Shown: positions 12,623 through 25,200, counted from the first letter of the whole stretch. The stretch: 62,923 bases of DNA, filler included, from Reticulomyxa filosa (GCA_000512085.1; 22 parts of 22 records of this genome joined end to end with filler, not necessarily neighbours in it); one strand, 5' to 3'. Program-made: numbers and translations. Notes: generated by a model from the letters alone, not told the origin.

Positions 12623-14569
12623 TTTTATTTTAAAAAAAAAAAAAAAAAAAAAAAANNNNNNNNNNNNNNNNNNNNNNNNNNNNNNNNNNNNNNNNNNNNT
12701 TAATTAATTAANNNNNNNNNNNNNNNNNNNNNNNNNNNNNNNNNNNNNNNNNNNNCGAATGTTGGTTTTTGTTTTGAAGGCTATTCTTTACAAAAAAAAT
12801 CGCAAATGCAGTCAAAAACAACAACGGAAAAAATTGTCAAAAAACTTAAAAAGTAAGCAATGCTTTATTCTATCGAAAAAAATTATTTAAATTAATAAAG
12901 ACTTGTAGATATCTTTTTTTCTTTTCTGTTTGTGCGTTTTTGTGGATAGCAAAGATGAAAAAGTTCAAACATTACAAAAAAATGTCGCAAACGACACTAT
13001 TTTTCTGCAATTTACACATTAAAAAATGCAATTATCTTTGCTTATATGCAATATAATAGTAGAAACGTCTTTGACAATGAAAAATTTGGTAAAAAACACA
13101 TTACTCGTTTATTTTCTTTGAATATAGTGTTGGTCTTCTCATAATTTGTGATTTAGGGTTTTCACCTATTTTTGAAAGCAATCATAGTACAGCACATTTT
13201 CAAATGATTCTGTTACAATCTGAAAACTGTGCTATCGACGCCCAACTTGAGATATATTGCGGATTATCCTCAAATAAAAAAGAGTTTGTGTCGTCACAAC
13301 ATAGTGACCCGAACAAATTCGAATGTTTGCGGAAATTTTTTAACCGAACATAGTCACAAGTACTCTAAATTTTGTACATAATTGATTAAACGACTGTTAA
13401 TTTGTCAATAGTCTTACCGGTAATATTTGTTCGCAATAACCTCAGATGTAACTATATTTGTGCAACAAAATTAAAAGAAAGATATATAAGTGTTGCATTC
13501 CAAGTAAATACGACTGATTTTTACAAAATATATTTCTTTCTATTTTGAAGTGCTATCCCTCAAATGACACAGAACAAAAAATTATTATCAGCAAAAAAAG
13601 TTTTAACAGGTTTTTTTTAAAAAAAAAAAACAACTCTTGAATAATCTGAAAATAAAAAAAGGTATTGGATTAAAGATTTCGACAAGCTAATTGTAGATTA
13701 TGTTAGTTAAAGTGTTTTTTTTTTCCTATTATGTTCATAATATAGACATAAATAGTCAGCCTATTTATGTTTAATACATTTCATATTTTGCTTGTTAGTT
13801 TGATGCTAATTCATATTACTCACACAATAGAAAGTTTATTAATTTTATGTATCAGTAATTAAAAATAGATTACAATGTGACAACTAGTTTTTTAATCAAT
13901 CTTTATTTCACTAATCAAGCAAGATATCTTGCAAAAAAAGAAAACTTAACCACAAGTAGTTTATTGACTCGTTTTTGTAAAAAATAAGTTAAAAAAGCCG
14001 AAATATTACTTTAACTACCTTTCAAAGTTTGATAAAACAAAAGCTGTAAATAAACGCACTTTATTGGATATATTACTCACAATAATTGATTGTTTGATGA
14101 ATATACTTAAAGTACTAAAAGTTATTCTTCAATGCACAACTTATCAAATTATTCAGCAATTAAGCAATATACAATTATCACTTAAAAAAATATACGGACT
14201 CCTATTTTAAAAAAAAAAAAATCATGCTACAAAAAATTTTTAAAAAAAGCAAGTAAGGAAAAATGGAAAAAGAAAAATTTAGATCAGGTGGCGCCTTCAG
14301 GAACATCGTNNNNNNNNNNNNNNNNNNNNNNNNNNNNNNNNNNNNNNNNNNNNTTAATTAATTAANNNNNNNNNNNNNNNNNNNNNNNNNNNNNNNNNNN
14401 NNNNNNNNNAAAAAAAAACAATAAAAATAAACCATAATGACAACAGGCATCTTTCGAATATTAATTTCCCAAACTATTACCAAACAAATACATCATTGCA
14501 AAGTATGATAATATATTATTAAAGCAAAGTGTATATAGTATTAATACAAGCATGTGAAAATGGATACTA

Positions 14570-15005
14570 AACTTGGGAACGCGTAGAAACACGCTTTGAC
14601 GGTCGTGTTCCTCCAGTGTTGCACTGGCCACTTGTTGTGAGGATTGTAAGCAAAGCAACGACACATTCTCATGTGCTTGCTTGCCACAATCCTACTGAGA
14701 CCACTTTACGTGGGGATGCAAAGCATCCCTAATGCGCGCAACTATCAAATGGCACAAGCCACATGGCTGTCCATAAGATTTGCGCGTCTTGAAGTCGTCA
14801 TCTCGAATTGTCCACATCCGTGGACTATCTCTATATTGCTTGCAGGACTGGATGGTATCGACGACTCTTGTGATGCAGAATACTGCATCAAATAGTGGTC
14901 TTTGCGTGCAGCAACACTTATTTTGAAGGAGGAGCCACATCTTTTCCAATCGGACATCAGGAATAGAAGGCATCAACTGGGGTCCAATGCCATTATAATC
15001 CACAA
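14570..15005 (-). CDS. Internal exon(s) of a hypothetical protein
   Basis: GC-richer island between homopolymer-rich intron-like flanks. ORFs 14692-15042 and 14461-14664 share a frame and are separated by one TAG. No family recognised. Confidence 0.3.
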
Positions 15006-15532
15006 TAACAAATTCCATCACAGGAAACAAAAAAACAAACAAAACAGATTTAAAAAAACAAAAAAGAAGTTAATTCAAATACACACACCAATAATCAAAC
15101 ACTAAAAGTGATCATCACCCCCTCCATAAATCTTTATCTCTAAAAGAAAACAAACTATAACCAAATAAGAAAAAAAAAAAAGATGAATTGAAAAAAAAAA
15201 AAAAAAATACAGCAGACCAAAGTAAAGGGAGCAAGATGAGAAAGACTACAAAGGGGACGAAAAATGCAAAAGGGGAACAATACTAGCAACGAGATGAAAA
15301 AGTTGCAAAAAGTGCAACTGTTATCAAAAAAAAAAAAAAAAAAGCTGTTAAAAAAAAAAAAAAATAATAATAATAATAATAAATAACCGGATCAAATTGC
15401 AACTGGGTCAATGCATTTCCCACCAATCAATCNNNNNNNNNNNNNNNNNNNNNNNNNNNNNNNNNNNNNNNNNNNNTTAATTAATTAANNNNNNNNNNNN
15501 NNNNNNNNNNNNNNNNNNNNNNNNNNNNNNNN

Positions 15533-15652
15533 ACGCTGCTGCTAGACGGCGTGCCCCGCCAGCGCTGGGTGATTGCCGACTGGTACGCCGGCCACAGTGG
15601 CTACCTGCGCCTGGACGAACACGGCGTCAGCGCCCACCCGCTCAGCCTGTAA
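15533..15652 (+). CDS. lpxH: Bacterial UDP-2,3-diacylglucosamine hydrolase-like protein, C-terminal end
   Basis: TLLLDGVPRQRWVIADWYAGHSGYLRLDEHGVSAHPLSL* resembles the R(W/I)VL.DW...G.YL C-terminus of LpxH; GC-rich codon usage. Confidence 0.55.
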   Translation, partial: TLLLDGVPRQRWVIADWYAGHSGYLRLDEHGVSAHPLSL

Positions 15653-15800
15653 CGCCCAGGCCGCAACCTGCGGCCAACCTTGCCTGCCGGGCGCGTCCGG
15701 CAGGCGCCTGTCTGCCCCTAGCGGCACTGCCGCCCTACTGCCTGTTCCCTCTCCAGCCTCCCGCCGCAGACACCCGCCATCACAGTCAAAAAACCGCCAC

Positions 15801-15841
15801 AAGGGTTATCCCGCAAGGGTTTCCCCGCAAGGGGCAGCCCC
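15801..15841. promoter_or_regulatory. Three tandem AAGGG-N4-CCC boxes at 14-bp period upstream of the lactate permease gene; candidate regulator binding sites
   Basis: AAGGGTTATCCCGC / AAGGGTTTCCCCGC / AAGGGGCAGCCCC, ending ~115 bp upstream of the ATG. Confidence 0.4.
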
Positions 15842-15943
15842 AACTGACACCCTGTTTGCCTGCCGCTACAGTGCACGCCAGACGCGGTAAAAACCGGACG
15901 GACCCAAGGGGTTTATTGCCGGTGCCCGCCACCCGATACAACT

Positions 15944-15948
15944 AGGAG
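15944..15948 (+). promoter_or_regulatory. Shine-Dalgarno site
   Basis: AGGAG, 7 nt before ATG 15956. Confidence 0.8.
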
Positions 15949-15955
15949 AGCAAAC

Positions 15956-16727
15956 ATGTGGTCACACGTCTATGACCCGCTTGGCAACCCGTGGCTGTCC
16001 ACGCTGGCTGCCAGCATTCCGGTAATCGTCCTCTTGGGCGCGCTGGGCATTTTCCATATCAAGGCACATATTGCCGCCCTGCTGGGCCTGGCGACCTCGC
16101 TGCTGGTGGCCGTGGCCGTCTTCGGCATGCCGGGCGACATGGCGATGAGTGCCACGCTGCTGGGTGCGGCCAACGGCCTGATGCCGATTGGCTGGATCAT
16201 CCTGAACGTGATCTTCCTGTACCAGCTTACCGAGCGCAAAGGCCAGTTTGCCGTACTGCGCGAGTCCATTTCCGGCATCACTACCGACCGTCGCCTGCAG
16301 CTGCTGCTGATCGCATTCTGCTTCGGTGCCTTCTTGAAGGTGCCGGCGGCTTCGGCACCCCGGTAGCCGTAACCGGCGCCATGCTGATCGGCCTGGGCTT
16401 TTCGCCGCTGGCCGCGTCCGGCCTGTCGCTGATCGCCAACACCGCACCGGTGGCCTACGGCGCATTGGGCACCCCGATTACCACGCTGGCCAAAGTCACC
16501 GGCCTGGACGTGCTGCAGATTTCGTCGATGGTTGGCCGCCAGATGACCATCTTCGCCATCATCGTGCCGTTCTGGCTGCTGATTGCCTTCTGCGGCTGGC
16601 GCAACACCCTGCGCATCTGGCCGGCCGTGCTGGTAGCCGGCCTGTCGTTTGCCATCCCGCAACTGATCGTGTCCAACACCATGGGCCCGGAGCTGGTGGC
16701 CGTGATCGCCTCGGTATGCTCGATCGC
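15956..16727 (+). CDS. lldP: Bacterial L-lactate permease (LctP/LldP family), 3' truncated; 1-bp frameshift at ~16333
   Basis: MWSHVYDPLGNPWLSTLAASIP..., GWIILNVIFLYQLT, ITTDRRLQLLLIAFCFGAF(F)EGAGGFGTPVA, LIANTAPVAYGALGTPI, SSMVGRQ. Confidence 0.92.
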
Positions 16728-16855
16728 NNNNNNNNNNNNNNNNNNNNNNNNNNNNNNNNNNNNNNNNNNNNTTAATTAATTAANNNNNNNNNNNNNNNNN
16801 NNNNNNNNNNNNNNNNNNNNNNNNNNNCCCCCCCCCCCCCCCCTTTTTTTTTTTT

Positions 16856-17506
16856 TTAAAAAAAAAAACCTCTGAAGGGGACAGGTGGATCTTGCTGTAT
16901 TTCAACGGCCAAGCCAAAGTCAATGATTTTGACATAGGAACACGACGCATCGAACATCATGGTGTTTTCCAAGGACAGGTCTCGGTGAACGATGCGCTTG
17001 GAGTGCAGGTAATGGGTGGCGTACACGAGCTGGCGGAACATAAACTGGACGTTGTGTATCCAACGTTCGTTGTCGACACGCGAAGCCAGACGCTCACGAC
17101 ATCGGTGGAATTCGGCAATGTAATTAAACAGGTCTCCGTCGCGACAGTATTCCATCTGCAAGTAATGACACTGGTCGTCTTCCCAACTGTGGTCGCACGT
17201 CACAAATCCGATCATTTCACTTGAGTCAATGTGTCCGTTACGGATGTCACTTTGCAGGTAGCGCGTTATTTGCTGATGGATGTTCTTTTCGTTCTCGAAA
17301 TTTTCCGGAATTTTTGTGTTCTGCTTCGATATTCCTTGTCGCACGCATTCTTTGATCGCCACTTTTATTATCACATTCTTATTCAATAACTTGTCCCATC
17401 CCAATACTATCTCGCCTTGCAACGTGTCGCTCAGCTTCTTTTTCTTCTCGTAACGCTCTTCCACTCTTCCTCCTCCACTGCTACTTACTGATGTCGGTGA
17501 CAACAT
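16856..17506 (-). CDS. Ser/Thr protein kinase (CAMK-like), N-terminal part; 3' truncated
   Basis: VIIK lysine, MEYCRDGDLF, HSKRIVHRDLSLEN, VKIIDFGLA; reduced Gly-loop LSDTLQGEI. Confidence 0.9.
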   Translation of the reverse strand: MLSPTSVSSSGGGRVEERYEKKKKLSDTLQGEIVLGWDKLLNKNVIIKVAIKECVRQGISKQNTKIPENFENEKNIHQQITRYLQSDIRNGHIDSSEMIGFVTCDHSWEDDQCHYLQMEYCRDGDLFNYIAEFHRCRERLASRVDNERWIHNVQFMFRQLVYATHYLHSKRIVHRDLSLENTMMFDASCSYVKIIDFGLAVEIQQDPPVPFRGFFF

Positions 17507-18209
17507 TTCGCCTTGTCAGACTTTTTTTCCTTCGATTATATTAACTCCCGCCACCCAAGTACTTTTTATGATCTTCTATTTCACAAATTTTCAAGGACAC
17601 GTTTGATCCAATCTTTTTTTGAAGAAATTGATACCACGAGTTTGAAAGAAATTATTTCATTCTCCTTTGTTGAGTTTTTTTTTTAAGTCAGGTTATACCT
17701 ACGTTGCGATTTCAAAATCAGTAAACTTGTACATCAAAATGTTTCGATTTGTAATATGTTATTTTTCTTACATTTACAATGCGCTGAATGGAATAAATAT
17801 TAATTGCTGAAGGAGTGAAAAGAAATAAAGCAAGTGACAAGAGACAACAGAATTGGAGCCAATGCCGATTCCTGTCATCCAATACAAAAAGTCCTTTTTT
17901 GACACTAACAACAACTACATCACAAAGTTGGATTCCTATATTCAATGTGTGAAGAAANNNNNNNNNNNNNNNNNNNNNNNNNNNNNNNNNNNNNNNNNNN
18001 NTTAATTAATTAANNNNNNNNNNNNNNNNNNNNNNNNNNNNNNNNNNNNNNNNNNNNTTTTTTTTTTTCCTTACACCACAGACACGTCAAGTTTAAAAAC
18101 GTATACACACACACACAAACGAAATAAAAAATGAAAAGTATTGTATTGGTAAGACAAGGGATGATATCAACTGCATTAAACACAACAACAAAAACAATTT
18201 GACTTGGCA

Positions 18210-19611
18210 TGGATTTGAATTGACAAAACAAAATACAATGGATCTAGTATTACCTGTCAAGCATGTGTCATTGCTAAATGCGCGAGGCGCCGATAGCACA
18301 TTGTCACAGTGCTCTTTGCTTTGTATCACCTCTTTCTTAAGCGCAGTGTCCTTTATATCTTTTTCTTTGCCTGCAATGCCTGCATTGCCCAAGCGTGTCG
18401 TACGCGGCCCTTGTATAACCTCTGCACTTTCTCTATCTTTTTTTTTTTTTTTTTTTTTTTATTTAAAAAAAAACGTATATTTGCAAAGGAGGAGGACAGA
18501 AAGCAAGGATGTATGTCTCATGAAAAAAAAACTAAAAGATAAATATAAAACAAATGGCAAGTGAAACAAAAACAAAACAAAAAAAAGAAGCCAAAGACTT
18601 GTTGATAAATCAGATTTTAATAGATTCAATTCTGGAAGGGACCTGCCTCTTCCTTCGACCGGAAATTGGAAATTTTCGCCGATTGCAACCGATTGCAAGC
18701 AGGGCGATTCTTTGGACGGACAATGATCTTCACTCAACACGACACTGCAACGTGAGCGTGCCATATCTTCAAGATTAGTGATGTAGTGATTCGTGACAGG
18801 TGCCTCTGTCATTTCCGACACTGACTGTGATTGCGACTGCGATTGCAATTGCAAAGGTGGTGCCAAGGAATCGGGCGCAATGTCATTGTCTTGAATCTCA
18901 GGCGTTTTCTCCGTGGTGGCGAGTGCGGCGTCTTCGTCACGAGAAGGGAGAGAGGCGGGAATAGAGTCCACCGGAAGGTGATTGAGAAAAGGTTGGGAAA
19001 TCCGCGAAGTCATGTCCGACACAAAGCCTAAGAAGACTTTGCCGATCGATGGTCTATGTTTGATCACCGCTGTCGTATCGACCGCAGGGACAGCGGCCGA
19101 GTCATTGTCATTGGAAAGAGGAGCGCCATGGTGGTGTTGATACTGATGTTGATGTTGATGTTGATGTTGATGTTGATACTGATACTGATGCCGATGCCGA
19201 TGCTGGTGGTGATGTTCATTGCTATGATCCGGATGGCTTCGAATCGCACTATTGTCGCGGTTGCGCCATTCGTTGCCGTTGTCTGTCCCAGATTGATAAA
19301 GCGACTTCTTCAGCTGATTGTTGTCGCTGTTGGACGTGCTGGGCTCGCTTGCCTTCGATACTATCTCTCTTTCATGTCTGTCATTGCCATGGTCGTGCCT
19401 TCGGCCTTGGGACTGGTGATGTTTCGATAGCAATGGCCATGTTGATGTCGATGTTGATGTCGATGTCAATATCGATGCAGATGCAGATGCAGATGCAGAT
19501 GTTGCTGGAAGTGTTGATGGATTGCCGAAGCGCAACTTTGAACTAGGGTGGTTTGTAGTGCAATGTTTACCCATGATGAAGTAGTTGTCTTGTGATTGTT
19601 CTCTTTCACCT
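18210..19611 (-). CDS. Hypothetical low-complexity (His/Gln/Ser-rich) protein, internal exons
   Basis: An exon of ~1 kb of open frame (18590-19611) plus exon 18250-18430; disordered composition. Confidence 0.55.
19130..19215. repeat. Hexanucleotide coding microsatellite (GATGTT/GATACT)n encoding (HQ)n
   Basis: Read directly. A similar (GATGCA)n / (GATGTY)n tract lies at 19440-19500. Confidence 0.85.
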
Positions 19612-19759
19612 NNNNNNNNNNNNNNNNNNNNNNNNNNNNNNNNNNNNNNNNNNNNTTAATTAATTAANNNNNNNNNNNNNNNNNNNNNNNNNNNNNNNNN
19701 NNNNNNNNNNNGAGTAGTCCGACGCTTGACACGCCCCCACTGCAACCCATCTAAAAAAA

Positions 19760-20790
19760 GATGATCAAAAATGGCGGACAAGCATTAATTGGCTCTTTGG
19801 TTGTATTATTTAATTGAAGTTTTAAGATTGGATATGTTCCAAGATTATGGAAACGAGCGAATATTGTTCCAGATCGAAATCATAGCATCTGCAAGGATTA
19901 CAGGCCAATTTCATTGCTATCTGGAGTTGGAAAGCTTGGAAAAAATTATTACAATGAGATTGATGTGGTATTTAAATGAAAACAAGTTATTGCACCAATA
20001 TCAAGCAGGATTCCAATCTTGGCACAATACATGGAACTATTGCTGAGATTAACAGAATCCATTTATTCATCCTTTGATAGTAATGGAGTATCATATGCTG
20101 TATTATTGGACATATCATCGGCATATGACAGTGGATGGATTAATGCACAAGATAAGATATGAATTCGGATTAAAAGGAAGAATGTATTGGTGGTCAAACA
20201 GGCCTCAATGCAAATTACGAAGCTTCTTCATTCCAGTAAATCACCTTTCGAGAAATGGAAAGAGCCAACATCTCCAATCAAAGGAATCACAACAATGGTT
20301 GGCAGTGAAATCGAAGCAATTCGACAAGCATTGGAAAAAGTTCAATTCCAGTACAAAGATGAAAGAGTATTAATTCTTTCTTATTGTAAATTTGCTGTGA
20401 ATGCGATTCGCAACAAGTGCAATTCAGAAACTTATAACTTCCCAATTGCAGAATGCCAAAAATTGATGAAAGAACTTGGAGATGGTGTTCCTGAAATTTA
20501 TTGGATTAAAGGACATTCTGGAAATGAACGAGCAGATGCAGTGGCAAAGAGAGCAAGATTCCAAGAAGAATTTGAACAACCTGAATTATTTAGAAAGCCA
20601 GATAAATCGGCTCCATTTTTGAATTTCCATGGATTGAACCCATTCTTCACAGAAGAATGGAATCGATATTGGACAAATTAGGGAAATGAAATGGAACCAC
20701 ACAAGTGTCACAAACGATATTTACGCAATCTGGTTGAAGCGCAGTCATTTGAAAAGATTGTTTTGCACCGATTGGAGGTACACGAACGCA
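19760..20790 (+). mobile_element. Decayed non-LTR retrotransposon: N-terminal RT subdomains joined by an internal deletion to an RNase H domain
   Basis: MIKNGG...LFN*SFKIGYVPRLWKRANIVP..DYRPISLLSGVGK, LLHQYQAGFQ, AVLLDISSAYDS; then SEIEAIRQAL, IYWIKGHSGNERADAVAKRA. Frameshifts and stops present; YADD region absent. Confidence 0.85.
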
Positions 20791-21545
20791 GATGTTTTTT
20801 TTTTTTTTTTAACAAGATTGAGACCTTATCCAAGTTAAGATGAGCACCTCGTCCCAAAAGGAACACAGTACTCTAACAACAGCAAGTGAAAAAAAAATTT
20901 TAAATTTTAATTTAATCTTTAAAATATCCAAAAAAAAACAAATAAAATCTCAAAGTTGTACATCGAGATCAATCAACGGTTGTGAAAACAAAATTGGCTC
21001 TTCCCTGNNNNNNNNNNNNNNNNNNNNNNNNNNNNNNNNNNNNNNNNNNNNTTAATTAATTAANNNNNNNNNNNNNNNNNNNNNNNNNNNNNNNNNNNNN
21101 NNNNNNNAAAAACCAGGATCATTGTTTGTGGCTTTCAAAATGTTTTAGTTTCTGTTGTGTACCAAAGGAATCCGCAGTAAAAAATGTGATGATGAGCACA
21201 CCGGCTCATGCGTGACAGTGTTTGAAAAGACCGAACGTGCGACGGACACACCAAAAGTGTCAGGTTTGAAGCGAGGACACAATAGAATGACCTCAACAGA
21301 TGTAACAAAAACCTGTTCAAAGATCGAAAATACAAATGCATCATTTTATTTCAATCAAATGAAACCCCAAAAAAACGGGGACCCCCAGAAACATCAATTT
21401 TGTGAATCAAAGTTTCCTTGAGTTCTCTTGAAGACATGTATATACATATTTTGTATATGCACGTATGTATATACATAGACAAATACGTTGTTTCTCAGTG
21501 CGCTTGTGTGTATGCTTTTGAAGTATCACGCACAATGGCCAATCA

Positions 21546-22600
21546 ATGGAGATGGGGTTAATTGAAAGTGCAAACGAAAAGTTAAGAAATCGGCAATTTA
21601 AAGAGGCATGTGACGAATATCACTCATTCTTTGTAAGGCTAAGCTATGAAGATAGCGGCTGGGACAACTACAAAAGCGACTTTTTGTTCGAAATTACGTT
21701 TAATCATTATTTTGGCGCTTTTGGGGAATCACAGTTTTTCCGTCGCACTGGCAAAATGTGACGAATTGATTCAAAAATCGCCTCACAACACCCATTTCAA
21801 TTTTCAGGTGTTTTTTTATTTTTATTTTTTTTTATTAAGTAGGTATAAGAAGGTTTAGCACTCATTTAACAAGCAGCCCCTTTATGTATACGTGCATACA
21901 AAGGCATGCCGTTTGAAAGATTACATTCACAAAAATCTAAACGAAAGCAATAACGAATTCGACAAATGTGCTCCATTTCCATTTACAAACGAGACGGAAT
22001 GTTATTTAGAGCACTCGAAATCGTCGCAGTCACAAAATAGAGAGACGACGTTGAATTGTTGTTTTGGAGAAATTCCTCTGGCCACTCCAAAATTACAACT
22101 ATACTCCAAGATGGATACGTCCAAGGAGAGACAAGACACGCTTTGCGGTCCACTTGATGCCTCACATTCCACGTCGCAAATAATTCGACCGCTTCAGATT
22201 TCCATCCCTTTCGCATCCGCTTTGGATAACGACGGACAGTCTTTTACTAGCTTTGCCGAGGAGCCTGGCGACAACGTAGGCCAGTTTTCACCCATCGATT
22301 CTACTTTTGATCAGACATTACTCTTTGATGACAGTTTAAAAAAAACAACAACAACAACTATACAATACAATATGTATACAACATAATGAAAAAATATTTG
22401 GACTGACATCTACACAATAGCAACGTCCTTGAGCTGCCAAGAAACTCCACAATGTGCTGAACATGGCGATTACTTCCAAGAGGCGGATGATATGGACAAA
22501 ATCAACCAAATCTCTGATGATCCTGATGGCTATTTGCAACGCTTTAGCGAAACATTGGATTCCTCTGACCGACATTTTTCTATTTCTTAAGTATTGTTCC
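21546..22600 (+). CDS. Hypothetical protein with TPR-like helical N-terminus, multi-exon; frameshift near 21720
   Basis: ESANEKLRNRQFKEACDEY...ALAKCDELIQKSPHN; GT-AG introns at ~21809-21903 and after 22335. Confidence 0.4.
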
Positions 22601-22841
22601 AAAAAAATTTCATTGTGTTTCACTTACTTTCATTTTGTTTGTGCACATGCGATTGTATTGTAGCATGGAAGTTTTGTTGCAGCACAACAAAATGAAAGGC
22701 ATAAATGGTGCAATCATGAATTTTTCAAATAGTTCATCTAATATATCATTAAAACAAAAATGTAAGAAGTAAAGTAAAATGTTCAGTAATTCCGGCAAGG
22801 GGTCAATTCTAAATAATTTTCAATCTAGTTCATATTTTCAC

Positions 22842-23430
22842 ATGGGTTCTTTGTTTACTTCACGTAATAGTTCAGACGGTGACGAGAAGATAACGATAAG
22901 TGATTGCCCTTCTCGTGGCATGGACTTTACCATATCTTACGTTCAAAAATCTTTTTCCAAACGTTAAAACGAAGTCAACACAACAGCTGTTCGAAGAGTT
23001 AAATAATCGATCAGACAATGAAAAAACAGAAGAATCAGACCAAAAAATCTCACAAACAATCCTTCTGGATATCCGTGAGAAGCATGAATATGATATTTCC
23101 CATATCGGAAATGCTGTTCGAATAAATTCCTCCGCATCTGCACAAGATGTTATAGATAAATTAAAAAGTGATTACAAGTGGAGCGAGGAACAAGTAAAGA
23201 ACACGACAATATATTGCTATTGTAGTGTTGGGTATCGCAGTGCGATAATGGCAGATAAATTGACACGGCACGGATTGCCCAACGTTTATAATATTGATGG
23301 CTCGCTTTTCAAATGGTGCAATGAAAAGCGTCCAATGATTGACAGCAACAACGAAAGCACTCAAAAAATTCATACTTATAATTCTGTTTGGGGAATGTTA
23401 GTCGATTCTAAAGAAAACAAGGTTTGTTAA
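22842..23430 (+). CDS. Single-domain rhodanese / sulfurtransferase; extra T at ~22953
   Basis: ILLDIREKHEYDISHIGNA, active-site loop YCYCSVGYRS, VYNIDGSLFKW. The true N-terminus is probably MGSLFTS...YVQKSFPNV. Confidence 0.85.
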
Positions 23431-24299
23431 ATACAGTTAACATGTGCAGTTTTTATTTTGAATTTAGTGTTGTGAAATTAATGAAACATAAAACTCCACT
23501 TCGAAAATAATTAAATTTTTAAATTATAAACAAAAAATTTGACACGCAATGGCAAAAGAAAACAAAAGGTCAAAAAATCATGTCTGGATGTTGTTTTCAT
23601 GAAGAAAATCTATCGTTTCTGTAATGCCGTTTTATGTGTCAACTTTCTTTTGCATTCTACTGTATATGAAAAAATCATTTAATATTTTTTGAAAATTTTG
23701 CATATGCGTGTATGGCCAATAAAACGTTGAAATCTTTTTGCTTCTTTTAGTAATCTTCAAGTCATATATACTTTTTATTTTTCATTTAGAAAATTAAATA
23801 TTCATAAAGTAGAATTTTAGTATAATAGTTTTTTATACAGTAGGTTGCATAAAAAACTGAACACCTAACATGCCATCTTATGAAGATTATTGATTTTCTC
23901 CATGAAAAACAGACATTTAATCCTATTTTTTTTAAATGAATCTTGACGTCGTGGGGAATCTAAAAATACCTTTGATCTTTAATAAAAGTGTAGTAAATTA
24001 TACAAAAATTGTTAATATTTTTTTCATTTTTTGAAAATTCTATGACAGTTAAAGATTCGTGCTTGTATTAAAAATAAAAAACATTACGTGTTTTCTTTTG
24101 TGTCTTTCGCAATTTTCAAGTGACATAGACATGTTTTTAAAAAANNNNNNNNNNNNNNNNNNNNNNNNNNNNNNNNNNNNNNNNNNNNTTAATTAATTAA
24201 NNNNNNNNNNNNNNNNNNNNNNNNNNNNNNNNNNNNNNNNNNNNTGGTGATTGCAGAAATTGAGTTAGCTATATGATTTATTGTTTCATTATTGCATCA

Positions 24300-25200
24300 A
24301 TCTTATTACATTCTAATACTGCATGCATTATCGGCTATTGCTATTCCTATATACACCACGGGCACACTTTAGTTTGTCTCTATACCCTTTTATTAATTGT
24401 TCTTTTCCAGTTAAAATTTGTGTTTACTGTTATTATTTTTGCGAAAGGCGCAAAGTCCATTGTATTCCTTATCTATGTTTGTATCTTTTTGTAATATATT
24501 CACTTCAGTGATATACATGACGATGATCCTTGGATCTCTTTTATGTATTTTTCATTGTATCAATTTATCCCATTGATCCTTAGTTAAATCAATCCTTTCT
24601 GTACAATATTCATTTAGACCATATTCCTTTAGTGTCTCATATATTTATCTGGTGTAGTTTTATTCTATCTGATTACTTAATCTTTATATGTTTTTTATGT
24701 TCTGCTGTCTATCTAGCATTACATACCTTCTTTGCCAACTGTCGCTTTGTACTATATCATACCATATTTTTAGGCGAAGCAGGTCTATCCTTATATTCAC
24801 CGATATTATTCCCAGAAGTACCCTTATCACCGAATGCCTCGTAGTTATATATATTACAGTTCTTTTTTTCAAATATTTATGCTGTATTGACTCTAGTCGC
24901 TTCATTTGGGTTGTTGTCAGCCGCAGCGTCTGTATTCCATATTCTAACACAGGTCTAATCACCGTCTTTTTCTATTATACTTAGTATCGTATCAACTTCT
25001 TCACTCGAGTTCGCCCATGTGATCAAGTCGTCTGCATACATTAAGATTTTGGCGTCGCTTCACCGTGTATGTTGATTCCTTATCTCATCAAACTATCTTT
25101 GCATCTTATACACCGCTACGTTTGTATCCTGTATCTGCAATTGCATACTTTGCATTATTTCCATCATTGTGCCCTGTGCGGCCAGTGAATATCTACTAAT
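24300..25200 (-). mobile_element. Decayed non-LTR retrotransposon of a second family: RT YADD, thumb region and C-terminal CCHC knuckle
   Basis: KILMYADDLIT (~25020-25050), VIRPVLEYG...KRLESIQHKYLK, and KVCPWC...IMHAVLEC (~24305-24370). A coiled-coil ORF1-like remnant lies at 25070-25190. Confidence 0.75.

Noticed and set aside
14692-14694. In-frame TAG (and TAA at 6718, TAG in the 5847 actin fragment) suggesting stop-codon reassignment
   Set aside because: Conserved genes here end at ordinary TAA/TAG/TGA and have no internal stops. The isolated cases lie in decayed or unidentified fragments.
15962-16682. Overlapping minus-strand ORFs in the GC-rich contig
   Set aside because: Shadow ORFs of lldP caused by high-GC codon bias.
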